DNA of 64,000 nucleotides from an uncultured virus (IMG/VR IMGVR_UViG_3300044732_003010) (Duplodnaviria; Heunggongvirae; Uroviricota; Caudoviricetes), in the IMG/VR virus record IMGVR_UViG_3300044732_003010, positions 1 through 64,000 of that record; one strand, given 5' to 3'. The position numbers were made by a program, and so were the translations under genes. The stretch's first letter is position 1; every line of letters starts with the position of its first letter. The notes below the pieces were generated by a model that worked only from the letters and a program-made list of their open reading frames with translations, did not search any database and was not told where the DNA came from. This document shows positions 48,477 to 57,289 of the stretch, piece by piece.

Positions 48477-48827
48477 ATGGAAGAAGAAATTGAAGAATGT
48501 ATGTCTCCAAGCCATCGTCATTTTTGGCTTTGCTGGTATCAATTATCTCTCCTAGAGAAAAAGGTCTGCTTTTATTTTCTCTGTGGGTTTGATAACAAAG
48601 AAATTGCTAAAAAACTTTTACTAAAAACTGAAATAGTAAATGACTATACGACGGCAATTTTAAAAAAATTTAATATTTCAACTCAACCTAAGTTTATGTT
48701 CTTTTTTTATCAGCATACAGGATGGGATATAGCCAAAGACATGATTGACGATGACGAAAAAGAACAATGCGCTTTATGGGGTGTTCAAAAATGTCTAATT
48801 CCGCCTAGAATATGGAAAAATATGTAG
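48477..48827 (+). CDS. LuxR-type HTH protein
   Basis: LSLLEKKV...GFDNKEIAKKL..KTEIV..Y...ILKKF. Confidence 0.8.
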   Translation: MEEEIEECMSPSHRHFWLCWYQLSLLEKKVCFYFLCGFDNKEIAKKLLLKTEIVNDYTTAILKKFNISTQPKFMFFFYQHTGWDIAKDMIDDDEKEQCALWGVQKCLIPPRIWKNM

Positions 48828-48841
48828 TTTAACGAAAATCT

Positions 48842-49120
48842 ATGACTAATACCATTGAAAATAAATATACACCAGATTGGGTTTCTCTACCGGGAGAAAC
48901 CCTTAGTGACATCCTAAAAGAAAGAAAAATAACTAGAACTGAATTTGCTAGTCGCATAAAGTTGCCGAAAAAGACTATTAATCAACTCATAAAAGGTAAG
49001 GCAAAAATTACTGTTCGTATTGCTTATAAAATGGAATTAGCTTTAGGCGTACCTTCTGCTCGTTTCTGGATAGAGCGTGAAAGACTTTATCGAGAGTCTC
49101 TAGTAAATCAAATTGATTAG
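48842..49120 (+). CDS. HigA-like HTH antitoxin/regulator
   Basis: PGETLSDILKER.ITRTEFA...TINQLIKGKAKIT..IAYKMELALG..ARFW. Confidence 0.85.
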   Translation: MTNTIENKYTPDWVSLPGETLSDILKERKITRTEFASRIKLPKKTINQLIKGKAKITVRIAYKMELALGVPSARFWIERERLYRESLVNQID

Positions 49121-49149
49121 AATATTTTTACAACTGTTAACGAGGATTT

Positions 49150-49347
49150 ATGAATCTGTACCTAATTAGAGATTCAGTTACATCATTTGGTCTTTTTATT
49201 GCAGCAGAATCAGAAACAAAGGCTATCTGGCATTGGTGCAATTATTTTAATAGTGATAATGACAATCCAATCGAAATAGAAGAAATTAACATTAATACTT
49301 CTGGTATCGTTTGGGAATGTGGGTGGACTACTGATACTAACCCCTAA
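49150..49347 (+). CDS. Hypothetical protein
   Basis: GAGG RBS, 65 aa. Confidence 0.5.
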   Translation: MNLYLIRDSVTSFGLFIAAESETKAIWHWCNYFNSDNDNPIEIEEININTSGIVWECGWTTDTNP

Positions 49348-50992
49348 AACCGCTCCTAAACCGATTAACAGGAGCAGAAGTAACAATCGTGCTAATAACC
49401 TTTTCATGTCCCTGAAACTCATTTTCAAGGGAATAAAATGCTCCCGATAGGCTATCTACAATGTCATTAGTCGGGGGTGTTTTTTTGCTACCATCAAAAC
49501 CCTGGCAGGCATTTAAAAACCGAGTGTTCCATGTCCCATCTCTTAAGATAAAGATTTGTCCCCGACTAGCTGCCGTGGCTACTGGTAAAGCTCGTGTTAG
49601 CTTATCCCCTTGAGGTACGATCGCTTTAACATCATGGTTCGGATGATTTTCTCTAATTACATTAGTAATGGTATTTTCAACAAATTTACCGCTCGATCCC
49701 CCTTCCTGTTCCCATCTTACGGCTACAGTTTTCCCGTCCAATTCAGCAGTATTTTTAAGCATTAATTCAACTTCCCCTACCTTTTTCTGCTCACAGATAT
49801 TATCGGCAATCACATAAGCAAATTCCTTAATCTCAGTTGAATCTGACAATGTGTCCTTAATTCTTTGGTATTTGTAAATAAGAGTGCCACTGGTATAACA
49901 ATGATAGTTTTCGGCATTCTCTTTGGCAGTTGCCGCTAAATCCCAGAATCTTACTTTACCTATTAACTTCCAATCATCGGGTATTTTATCGAGAATCTCA
50001 AACCAAGTCCGATCAAATACTGTACCAGCTTCGTATTTAATCTTCCAGTTACCTCTAAGAAGTCTTTCTCGTTCAACTTGATGAAGTGAATAAAGGTTAG
50101 CTAAGTAGGTAGGGTTAACTTTTATCAGTTCTCTATTATCAAAAATTGTGGCAGGAATAAAAGTAAAACTCTTGATTAAGTCTTCTGGTTTAATGCTTAT
50201 TTCTTCATTTAATAAAAACTTTTTTTGAATATCATTAGGAATCATTTCAAAAAGCTTATCTTTAAGACTAAATTTATCAATTAATTCTTGTTTATTATCA
50301 GCCCAATAAACCGTATCTCCCTGCCTAATAAAGTATCGAACTATTCCCGACCTTTCTTCAATAGCATAACCGTCTTTTGGGTTGATCCACCAAGAGATAA
50401 AACTAGCTACCCATGAATCAGCGTCGGGGTTACAGGTTGCTCTAACAGCGGGTTTAATTCCTGATACAGACCGGTTTCTAGAGAGAAGATAGAAAAACTG
50501 TTCCTGCGTAAAATGGGTTAGTTCGTCAAAACCGATCCTAGTAATCTGAGAGCCTTGATAAATATGAACGGTTTTTTCATGCTGTAAATGCCTAAAAGAT
50601 ACCCTAGCACCACTAGGAAACCGCCATTCAAGACTAGGTTTTTCTATAAAAGTACCCTTGATAGGATAATAGATTTTACGACTTTCATCCACTAATCCCC
50701 CAGCTTGAGTAAATTCAGGATAAGTCCGGCGAAACATGACAGCCCGGTAATCAGGATTGTCGATATATTCTTGACGAACAAAATCAGTTAATAAGGCTCT
50801 GGTCTTTCCTGCTCCTGCGGCTCCACCGAATATAATTACATCAGCGTCAATTTTCCCAAATAAAGCTTGTTTTCCCTCTTGTAATTGAGGAAAAACAATT
50901 TCTTCTTTGGTGTTAACAAGTCGATATTTTTCGGTCGCTGTTTTTATCTTTGAGAGATTTTTTAATGATAATTTACTCGCTTTCATCGTCAT
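49337..50992 (-). CDS. terL: Terminase large subunit
   Basis: GGAAGAGKT Walker A, FDELTHF Walker B, ATCNP, RFWDLA and NDIVDSLS nuclease aspartates. Confidence 0.92.
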   Translation of the reverse strand: MTMKASKLSLKNLSKIKTATEKYRLVNTKEEIVFPQLQEGKQALFGKIDADVIIFGGAAGAGKTRALLTDFVRQEYIDNPDYRAVMFRRTYPEFTQAGGLVDESRKIYYPIKGTFIEKPSLEWRFPSGARVSFRHLQHEKTVHIYQGSQITRIGFDELTHFTQEQFFYLLSRNRSVSGIKPAVRATCNPDADSWVASFISWWINPKDGYAIEERSGIVRYFIRQGDTVYWADNKQELIDKFSLKDKLFEMIPNDIQKKFLLNEEISIKPEDLIKSFTFIPATIFDNRELIKVNPTYLANLYSLHQVERERLLRGNWKIKYEAGTVFDRTWFEILDKIPDDWKLIGKVRFWDLAATAKENAENYHCYTSGTLIYKYQRIKDTLSDSTEIKEFAYVIADNICEQKKVGEVELMLKNTAELDGKTVAVRWEQEGGSSGKFVENTITNVIRENHPNHDVKAIVPQGDKLTRALPVATAASRGQIFILRDGTWNTRFLNACQGFDGSKKTPPTNDIVDSLSGAFYSLENEFQGHEKVISTIVTSAPVNRFRSGFRG

Positions 50993-51737
50993 CGCTTATC
51001 CTAGTGGGAACCATTACATCATCATCAAATTCTGCACTATCACGAATAATCGAGGTCAGTCCGTCATCGAGTTTCTCTATACCAGAATGTCCTATAAGTT
51101 TTCCGTCAGGGTCAATAACAGCTAATCCGTGCTTTTGAACAATATTAATTGCGTACTCGATGGTGTCAAAACCTAAAACTTTTTCAAAGGTATCAGTCAA
51201 TGTTTTAGCCATAGTCACTGCGTCTCTATGATTCCAATTTCCGTTAGGTTCAATTGTTATGGCAATCGGTCGGCCCGATTCATCTACAGAATCTATCCGA
51301 CGGCGAGAAATCGGATAATTAGTCATCTGTTCAATCTTTTCGAGGTTTTTTAGAGTAATCTTTAGAGTCTTCTCTCGGATTTCTCGTAAAATGCTATCAG
51401 TGTAAGCTTGTTGCTCTTGAATTTTTAAAAGCCAATAGGCTTTTGCTCTTTCTTCCCACCGATAATTTTTGTGTGCTAACTGCCAGTCATCGGGGACAGT
51501 TTTAGCTCGTTTAAATTTAGTCTTCTCTATCTGTTCCCCAGAAGCTTCCCCACAGTTACTGTAAGCTCGGTTTAAAGTGCGATAGCCTGATGGAATAGGA
51601 AGGTAAAAAATCTGAAATCTTTCAAACCAATCAGGGGTTTCTAGTTCTTGCTGTTCCCAGATAGGATATTTGGTAAACTCGATTACCTCTTCATGAATAG
51701 AGTATGTACGCTTTCTGCCTCGATTAGTGACAACCAT
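50973..51737 (-). CDS. terS: Terminase small subunit (putative)
   Basis: WEQQ..ET...F..F..Y, W..RA.AY motif; directly upstream of terL. Confidence 0.65.
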   Translation of the reverse strand: MVVTNRGRKRTYSIHEEVIEFTKYPIWEQQELETPDWFERFQIFYLPIPSGYRTLNRAYSNCGEASGEQIEKTKFKRAKTVPDDWQLAHKNYRWEERAKAYWLLKIQEQQAYTDSILREIREKTLKITLKNLEKIEQMTNYPISRRRIDSVDESGRPIAITIEPNGNWNHRDAVTMAKTLTDTFEKVLGFDTIEYAINIVQKHGLAVIDPDGKLIGHSGIEKLDDGLTSIIRDSAEFDDDVMVPTRISDDDESE

Positions 51738-51778
51738 TGGTTATTATAGTAGTAGAGTTACTTAATCTTACATCAATC

Positions 51779-52483
51779 ATGACAGATAAATTAGAAATTG
51801 AGTATCGACGGCTTTGCGACCTAAAACAACTAAAGGGTAATTCCAAAAAACACGCCACTGAAAACACCATAGCTTCAATATTGGAGTTGGGATTTAAAGA
51901 CCCAATTGGCTACGATCCGAGCTTAAACGGCGGAAAAGGGGGGATTACTGAGGGTCATGATCGGTGTGCCGCACTATTAGCAATTAAAAAGCGCAAAATA
52001 GATCGACCTAGAGGTATAGATATTGACAATGATGGGGAGTGGATGGTTCCTATTTTAGTAGGAGTTCACGCTAAAAATGAGGCTCAAGCTATAAAATACT
52101 CGATTATTCACAACCATTCTACGATTCACGGGGCGGGGCTTGACCTTGCTACGGAATTAAAGCTTTTTGATACTGACTTACTAATTAGCCAAGCTGAATA
52201 CCTTGATGAAGAGGGGGAGAATTTAGGAGTAATCGGCGATTTAAATTCAATCCTAGAAGCTTTAAATACTTCAGATAATTTAGATAATTCTGATAATTTT
52301 GAATCGAATATAACAGATAATTTTTCGGGAAAAAACAAAGAAATTGACATCGAGGGTATGGATGGGCAAATGATAATTAAATTAAGTTATACCGAAAATG
52401 AATACTGGCAAGTAAAAGAACAATTAAGTAAAATAGCATCGACACCCGAACAAGCAGTATGGAAGCTTTTAGGTAATGACTAA
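51779..52483 (+). CDS. ParB-like nuclease-domain protein
   Basis: L....NSKKH...IASILELGFKDPI...EGHDR; precedes the methyltransferase. Confidence 0.7.
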   Translation: MTDKLEIEYRRLCDLKQLKGNSKKHATENTIASILELGFKDPIGYDPSLNGGKGGITEGHDRCAALLAIKKRKIDRPRGIDIDNDGEWMVPILVGVHAKNEAQAIKYSIIHNHSTIHGAGLDLATELKLFDTDLLISQAEYLDEEGENLGVIGDLNSILEALNTSDNLDNSDNFESNITDNFSGKNKEIDIEGMDGQMIIKLSYTENEYWQVKEQLSKIASTPEQAVWKLLGND

Positions 52484-53522
52484 ACATAAATTTGCATATA
52501 AGTGGAATTTGTCAGATGGATACCCAGCACCCGGAATTGAAAAACATGGGTTAAAAGTATTTGGTACTTTTATCTGTGGCGGTGGTTCGACTATGGGTTA
52601 CAAGTTAGCAGGTTTTGACCATTTAGGAGGTGTTGAAATAGACTCGCAGGTAGCTGATGTATATAAAGTTAACCACAATCCTAAATATTTATTTATTGAA
52701 GATATAAGAGATTTTGCTGATCGTACAATCTTTCCTAATGAACTTTATAACCTAGATATTTTAGATGGCTCACCTCCCTGCTCTTCATTTAGCATGGCAG
52801 GAAATAGAGAAAAAGACTGGGGGAAAGAAAAGGTATTTAGGGAAGGTCAGGCTAAACAGCGACTTGATGACCTTTTCTTTGATTACATACGATTAGCAAA
52901 AAAACTACAGCCAAAGGTCGTTATCGCTGAAAATGTTAAAGGAATTATTCAAGGTAATGCCAAAGCGTATGTAAAGCGAATAAAAGATGAATTTGAAAAA
53001 GCAGGATATAAAGTACAGTTATTTCTTTTGAACGCTGCGAGCATGGGAGTGCCTCAAAAACGTGAGCGAGTATTTTTTATTTGCCAAAGGAATGATTTAA
53101 ACTTTAAAAATCTAGAGTTAAGTTTTGATGAAAAATCAATTATTTATAGTGAATTTAAGTCAACAAAATTAGGAAAAGAATTAACCAATGAAACAAAAGC
53201 TGTATGGGATAAAAGAATAAAAACAGATCAAAATTTAGAGAGTATTCACGAAAGAATTGGAAACAAAAGAAAAAGATTTCAAGCTAAATTTATTCACGAT
53301 AACCAGATTTCTCCTACTATATTAGCAGGTGAAGATTCTGTCCCAATAAGATTTGATCATCCAAATAGAATAACAATGGATGAAGTTAAAATGATTGGTA
53401 GCTATCCGCTTGATTACAACTTTAAAAATATTAAACCAAATTATTTAACAGGAATGAGTGTGCCTCCTGTAATGACTGCACAGATAGCGCATCAGATTTA
53501 TTTACAGTGGTTTACAGAATAA
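52476..53522 (+). CDS. DNA (cytosine-5) methyltransferase
   Basis: FICGGG, GSPPC, ENV, PQKRERVF, GMSVPP. Confidence 0.92.
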   Translation: MTKHKFAYKWNLSDGYPAPGIEKHGLKVFGTFICGGGSTMGYKLAGFDHLGGVEIDSQVADVYKVNHNPKYLFIEDIRDFADRTIFPNELYNLDILDGSPPCSSFSMAGNREKDWGKEKVFREGQAKQRLDDLFFDYIRLAKKLQPKVVIAENVKGIIQGNAKAYVKRIKDEFEKAGYKVQLFLLNAASMGVPQKRERVFFICQRNDLNFKNLELSFDEKSIIYSEFKSTKLGKELTNETKAVWDKRIKTDQNLESIHERIGNKRKRFQAKFIHDNQISPTILAGEDSVPIRFDHPNRITMDEVKMIGSYPLDYNFKNIKPNYLTGMSVPPVMTAQIAHQIYLQWFTE

Positions 53523-53542
53523 TCAGTACAAAAGTATCCACA

Positions 53543-53564
53543 GTGACAGTTTATCAAGTGTCAC
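53543..53564 (-). repeat. 22-bp site, inverted copy 1
   Basis: GTGACAGTTTATCAAGTGTCAC is the exact reverse complement of 55613-55634. Confidence 0.85.
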
Positions 53565-53577
53565 TCTTTGGTAATTG

Positions 53578-53961
53578 TTACCAAAGAGTTCGAGTATTGT
53601 ATCTTTCATCGTAACTACTTTCCACTAAAAAGTTTGAAGCTATTGCCACGGACAACATAAAAAGATTATGGTTTTTTCGAAGACATTTAGGAATAGAAAT
53701 GCCTGTTGCTATTAAAAACATACTTGTTGCTATATTAAATTTAAACTGATCCAACCAATTACGTTTTTTAATTGGGTTTTGTATGTTACTTAACAATAAA
53801 TCCATTTTACCATTCTTGATAGTTTTATCATAAAAATTTTTCAATACCGTTGATTTAGGGTTTTGTCTTGCTTCGTTTACTAAGTCATTAACATATTTCT
53901 TGGCTTCATCAGGTAAATTAAAAAATTTGTCTTGAACTTTCATTGCGCGTTGAATATCCAT
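53578..53961 (-). CDS. Hypothetical protein, paralogue family A
   Basis: LPDEAKKYVNDLV...TGISIPKCLRKNHNLF. Confidence 0.7.
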   Translation of the reverse strand: MDIQRAMKVQDKFFNLPDEAKKYVNDLVNEARQNPKSTVLKNFYDKTIKNGKMDLLLSNIQNPIKKRNWLDQFKFNIATSMFLIATGISIPKCLRKNHNLFMLSVAIASNFLVESSYDERYNTRTLW

Positions 53962-53989
53962 AAATTTAGAACCTGTAAACTTAGGTTTA

Positions 53990-54250
53990 TTATATCAAAT
54001 TATTTCGTTTTAGATAATCTGTGTAAACGTCTGTTCCCATTATTTTCAAAAAATCAATGCAATCGTTTACATAAGGCCCGTAAGTGGGAACCGCGTCCCA
54101 ATAATGATAAAAATGATAAAGGTCAATAACTTTGCTGCCTAAAGTGTGCAAAGTCTCTCCTGTAATTTTACCATCAATCTCTTTTACAATTGCTTCGATT
54201 TTTTCAACCGATGCAATTTCGCCAGCAAAGATGTTTTTTATTAATCGCAT
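53990..54250 (-). CDS. Hypothetical protein, similar to 4389..4748
   Basis: EKIE and P.YGPY motifs. Confidence 0.6.
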   Translation of the reverse strand: MRLIKNIFAGEIASVEKIEAIVKEIDGKITGETLHTLGSKVIDLYHFYHYWDAVPTYGPYVNDCIDFLKIMGTDVYTDYLKRNNLI

Positions 54251-54586
54251 TTATTTAAACCAGACAAACTTGTGATGGCAGTCCTGGCAATAAAATTGCC
54301 TATTTCCTGCTTTAGTATCGGGTAATTGGTGAAGATTGTGGCTGTGGCACCTGGGACAATGCTCTTCCTCTGGGGGGAGCAATTCTCCCAATTCCAGGCA
54401 CCGATAAACTTTATAAACGGCGCGGCGGACGTGTTCTTGTTGCACGCCTAACTTTTCGGCTAATTTTTTACTAGCTTTGTACCGATAAAACTTGTGCTTT
54501 TCGGTAAGGGGCAAAGGAAGAATTCCGTAGAAATCAGCCCATGCCCGATAAATGTTAGCTTGTCTTGGTGTGATCGGCATAATCAA
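54251..54586 (-). CDS. HTH + zinc-ribbon protein
   Basis: ITPRQA...LAEKLGV..EHVR (sigma region 4-like); CPRC...FYCQDC. Confidence 0.65.
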   Translation of the reverse strand: MIMPITPRQANIYRAWADFYGILPLPLTEKHKFYRYKASKKLAEKLGVQQEHVRRAVYKVYRCLELGELLPPEEEHCPRCHSHNLHQLPDTKAGNRQFYCQDCHHKFVWFK

Positions 54587-54917
54587 AACTGTAATACTTC
54601 CAATAATCCTCTCTCAATTGCTGAAAGTCAATCAAGCCTATTTTTAAATAAGATTTATTGGGATTAAACTGCTGAGGTATTGTATATTTTCCTCGTTTTT
54701 CTTGCGCCCAATTTATCAAATCGTTATTACTCGGCATAGTATCTGTCTGTCCAGCATCAATCCATTTAAGTCTTGCAATCTTTTCAAAAATTTTGCAATA
54801 CCGAGCCGCTTCATGAGAATCGTGAAGATACCCCATTTTGCTGTTTTCGTTCCAGTTTTCTTCAATTTCTTTAAGAAGAAGTTCGGATTCTTTAATTTTT
54901 TGCGAAATAGTAGTCAT
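54555..54917 (-). CDS. Hypothetical protein (candidate target of the antisense RNA)
   Basis: 120-aa ORF with a G8 RBS. Confidence 0.65.
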   Translation of the reverse strand: MTTISQKIKESELLLKEIEENWNENSKMGYLHDSHEAARYCKIFEKIARLKWIDAGQTDTMPSNNDLINWAQEKRGKYTIPQQFNPNKSYLKIGLIDFQQLREDYWKYYSFDYADHTKTS

Positions 54918-54942
54918 AATTTCCCCCCCCTACTTAAGCTTC

Positions 54943-55034
54943 GGGGTATCCCTAATAGGGATTATTAGATAAAGCGCACGCAACTACGACTATAGTTCAT
55001 AGTTTCAATTCCTAATAGGAGTTCTTTGTGCAAC
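54943..55034 (-). CRISPR. Degenerate type I-D-like repeat-spacer-repeat unit (mini-array/crRNA-like RNA), no cas genes
   Basis: Minus strand: GTTGCACAAAGAACTCCTATTAGGAATTGAAAC, short spacer, then ...TAATAATCCCTATTAGGGAT; matches the cyanobacterial CCCTATTAGGGATTGAAAC repeat end. Confidence 0.65.
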
Positions 55035-55086
55035 TACCTTAAGTAAATCACCTAATTCGTAAAAATAGGTGTTTTGCTGTGCCACT

Positions 55087-55548
55087 TTAGGCACTGGCAC
55101 GCTGAGAAAATCGGTAACATACCTCTTGATAGGAAATACACTGAATCTCTCCCTTAATATTTTCAAATACCCAATAATCGCCATCGCTATCTCGATAAAT
55201 AGCATTTAAATCAATAGGAATCTCAAAAGTTGCTGACACCTCTCCTTTTTTACCTTCAAATTTTCGGCTTACAGGTTCCATAAATTGCTTTTTGTAGCCA
55301 CCATATTTAATATCTTTTTCGCTAGATATTTTAGCGATCCACGCTTTCCAAGCTCGTTTGGGAGTTTCGAGGGTAAGAGTGCGAGTTTTAGGCAATCTTT
55401 TAAAGCTTACGATAGTATTTTTTTGAAGCTGTTCAATTGCGGCTTCTACTGCTAAGATTTTAATCACTAATTTGGCTTTATTACGATTGCCATGAGTCGC
55501 TCGTAATTGAGCATTTAACTTGTTTAATTTTGTTTTTAGGGTATTCAT
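55087..55548 (-). CDS. Early hypothetical protein with an N-terminus shared with 57861..58427
   Basis: MNTLKTKL..L..QL..T.GNR.KAK.VI.IL.VE.AIE.L. Confidence 0.7.
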   Translation of the reverse strand: MNTLKTKLNKLNAQLRATHGNRNKAKLVIKILAVEAAIEQLQKNTIVSFKRLPKTRTLTLETPKRAWKAWIAKISSEKDIKYGGYKKQFMEPVSRKFEGKKGEVSATFEIPIDLNAIYRDSDGDYWVFENIKGEIQCISYQEVCYRFSQRASA

Positions 55549-55612
55549 GTTTATTTCCTATTTATCCATACTTTAATCTAATCACCTATTCCCATATCGT
55601 GGGAGTTAGATT

Positions 55613-55634
55613 GTGACACTTGATAAACTGTCAC
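55613..55634 (+). repeat. 22-bp site, inverted copy 2
   Basis: GTGACACTTGATAAACTGTCAC. Confidence 0.85.
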
Positions 55635-55677
55635 ACTTTGCCAACTATCTGAAAATTATCATGATATATTTAAAATA

Positions 55678-55953
55678 TAAGCACTAAACCGAGTGCATCC
55701 ATTAATTAGAGCCTCCATAAGCTACTGGGCGGATCAGTAACCGATTTGAAATAGTAGTCGGCTGGTGAGACTGGTTAATGAAGTGCATCCATTAATTAGA
55801 GCCTCCATAAGCTACTGGGCGGATCAGTAACCGACTTGAAATAGTAGTCGGCTGGTGAGACTGGTTAATGAGTCGTTCTAAGCTTGCTGGTGTAAACCCA
55901 GTAACCGATTTGAAATAGTAGTCGGCTGACGCACGCACTTGGTTTAGTGCTTA
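55678..55953 (+). ncRNA. Candidate structured RNA with a 19-bp closing stem and three repeated two-hairpin modules
   Basis: TAAGCACTAAACCGAGTGC...GCACTTGGTTTAGTGCTTA; 90-bp tandem duplication plus a third partial module; TGnTATATT -10 just upstream. Confidence 0.65.
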
Positions 55954-56258
55954 TTACTTTAAATAGATTCTTAGTTACTCTAGCGATTTACTGTCACTGG
56001 ATTTGGGCAAAAGTGATAACACCTAGACAAGCCTACATCTATCTAGTGTGGGCAAAAAACAACAATCTTGACCCAGTGCCTGTTACTTCCCGGCATCGGA
56101 ACTATCGCTTTAGAGTGGCATCAACTACAGCAGAATTAGGAATAGGTAAAGAACGAGTTAGGCAAGTTTTGGCTAAAGTCCTTGAACTGCTATCAAAAGG
56201 AAACCAAATTGAGGAGGCAACCGACCTAATACTACAAGAGTACAAAAAATTTAATTAA
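55947..56258 (+). CDS. HTH protein, paralogue of the 54251..54586 N-domain
   Basis: ITPRQAYIY..WA...TAELGIGKERVRQ; start may be GTG 56013. Confidence 0.6.
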   Translation: MLITLNRFLVTLAIYCHWIWAKVITPRQAYIYLVWAKNNNLDPVPVTSRHRNYRFRVASTTAELGIGKERVRQVLAKVLELLSKGNQIEEATDLILQEYKKFN

Positions 56259-56260
56259 TC

Positions 56261-56289
56261 AAAACCCGTCAATCAATTGACGGGTTTTT
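56261..56289 (+). terminator. Intrinsic terminator
   Basis: AAAACCCGTCAAT-CA-ATTGACGGGTTTTT. Confidence 0.75.
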
Positions 56290-56530
56290 AGTTAGTATTG
56301 TTAACAATCTGTTAGCAGTGTATTAACAGTGAAAAGTATTGATATATATACGTTTTATTAGTTTGTTGTTTTTGTTAGCAGGTTCCCTAATTTTCGTTTT
56401 TTTTGTGTCCAGATTCCCTAATATAGAAAATTCTATATTAGGGAATAATTGATTATTTAATGTAGTACAATATTAATATGCCCTCGTTGACGCGAGGGAC
56501 TAACTAAGTCAACCTACTGTAGAGGCTAAC

Positions 56531-57235
56531 ATGGCTGATCTAATTTTACAACGTTTTGATCACGACGGCATCGAGCTAATTATCGACACTCAGACCGGTG
56601 AAAGCTTTGCCTCAATCAAAGGATATGCTCGTATGTCAGGGAAAAGCCACAACGCTATCACTATGCGATTAAACCGGCTACCTAAAGAAGATAGCAAGGG
56701 GGTAACTTCTGAATCTCCAAATCACCCTCAAATTCAAACAGGGAGCGGGTTACAAGGGGGTAACACAATGGGGTTAGGATTAGGATTGCTAAAACAGGCT
56801 CAAATTCAAACAGAGGGCGGGTTGCAAGGGGTTTATCTAATCCCAGAAGACCTAATCTGTAAGTGGTTGCCAAAGGATAATCCTGAGTTAGCCTCTCAAG
56901 TGCTTAAGCTAGGAGTCCGATTATTCCTTCACACATTAGCTGGTTTTCGCGTCAAGAGCGAGGCAATTACAGAGGTAAGGCAACTTGAGAGCCAAATCGT
57001 CAAACTAAGCGAAGAGAAGCAAATACTAGAGGAGTTGATCAAAACTCAAAAGACTATGATCGCTGACTTTAGCAGTAAAAACTCGATGCTTGACTATAAG
57101 CGGCTAGTGATCGAAGAATTACACGCTGAAAAAGAGCGCGATATAGCTAAATTTAACCTACTCGAAACCGAACGAGAAAAAGCACGGGGATGGCGAGGCG
57201 GTCGAATGCTCATGAGAAACGATAAAAAACAGTAA
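56531..57235 (+). CDS. Antirepressor/KilA-N-like protein with coiled coil
   Basis: LQRFDHDGIELIIDTQTGESFASIKGYARMSG; internal duplication of QIQT..GLQG. Confidence 0.55.
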   Translation: MADLILQRFDHDGIELIIDTQTGESFASIKGYARMSGKSHNAITMRLNRLPKEDSKGVTSESPNHPQIQTGSGLQGGNTMGLGLGLLKQAQIQTEGGLQGVYLIPEDLICKWLPKDNPELASQVLKLGVRLFLHTLAGFRVKSEAITEVRQLESQIVKLSEEKQILEELIKTQKTMIADFSSKNSMLDYKRLVIEELHAEKERDIAKFNLLETEREKARGWRGGRMLMRNDKKQ

Positions 57236-57251
57236 AAATACCTAAACCCAT

Positions 57252-57283
57252 ATAAACCCCCTATGGACTCATAGGGGGTTTAT
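57252..57283 (+). terminator. Intrinsic terminator
   Basis: ATAAACCCCCTATG-GACT-CATAGGGGGTTTAT. Confidence 0.7.
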
Positions 57284-57289
57284 AGTTTG

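Noticed and set aside
55692..55928. 90-bp tandem repeats read as a CRISPR array (TTGAAAT resembles a repeat end)
   Set aside because: The first two units are essentially identical throughout, with no unique spacers; better explained as a structured RNA
55678..55953. Retron msr-msd, given the terminal inverted repeats
   Set aside because: No reverse transcriptase was recognised in the window and no clear msd hairpin is present
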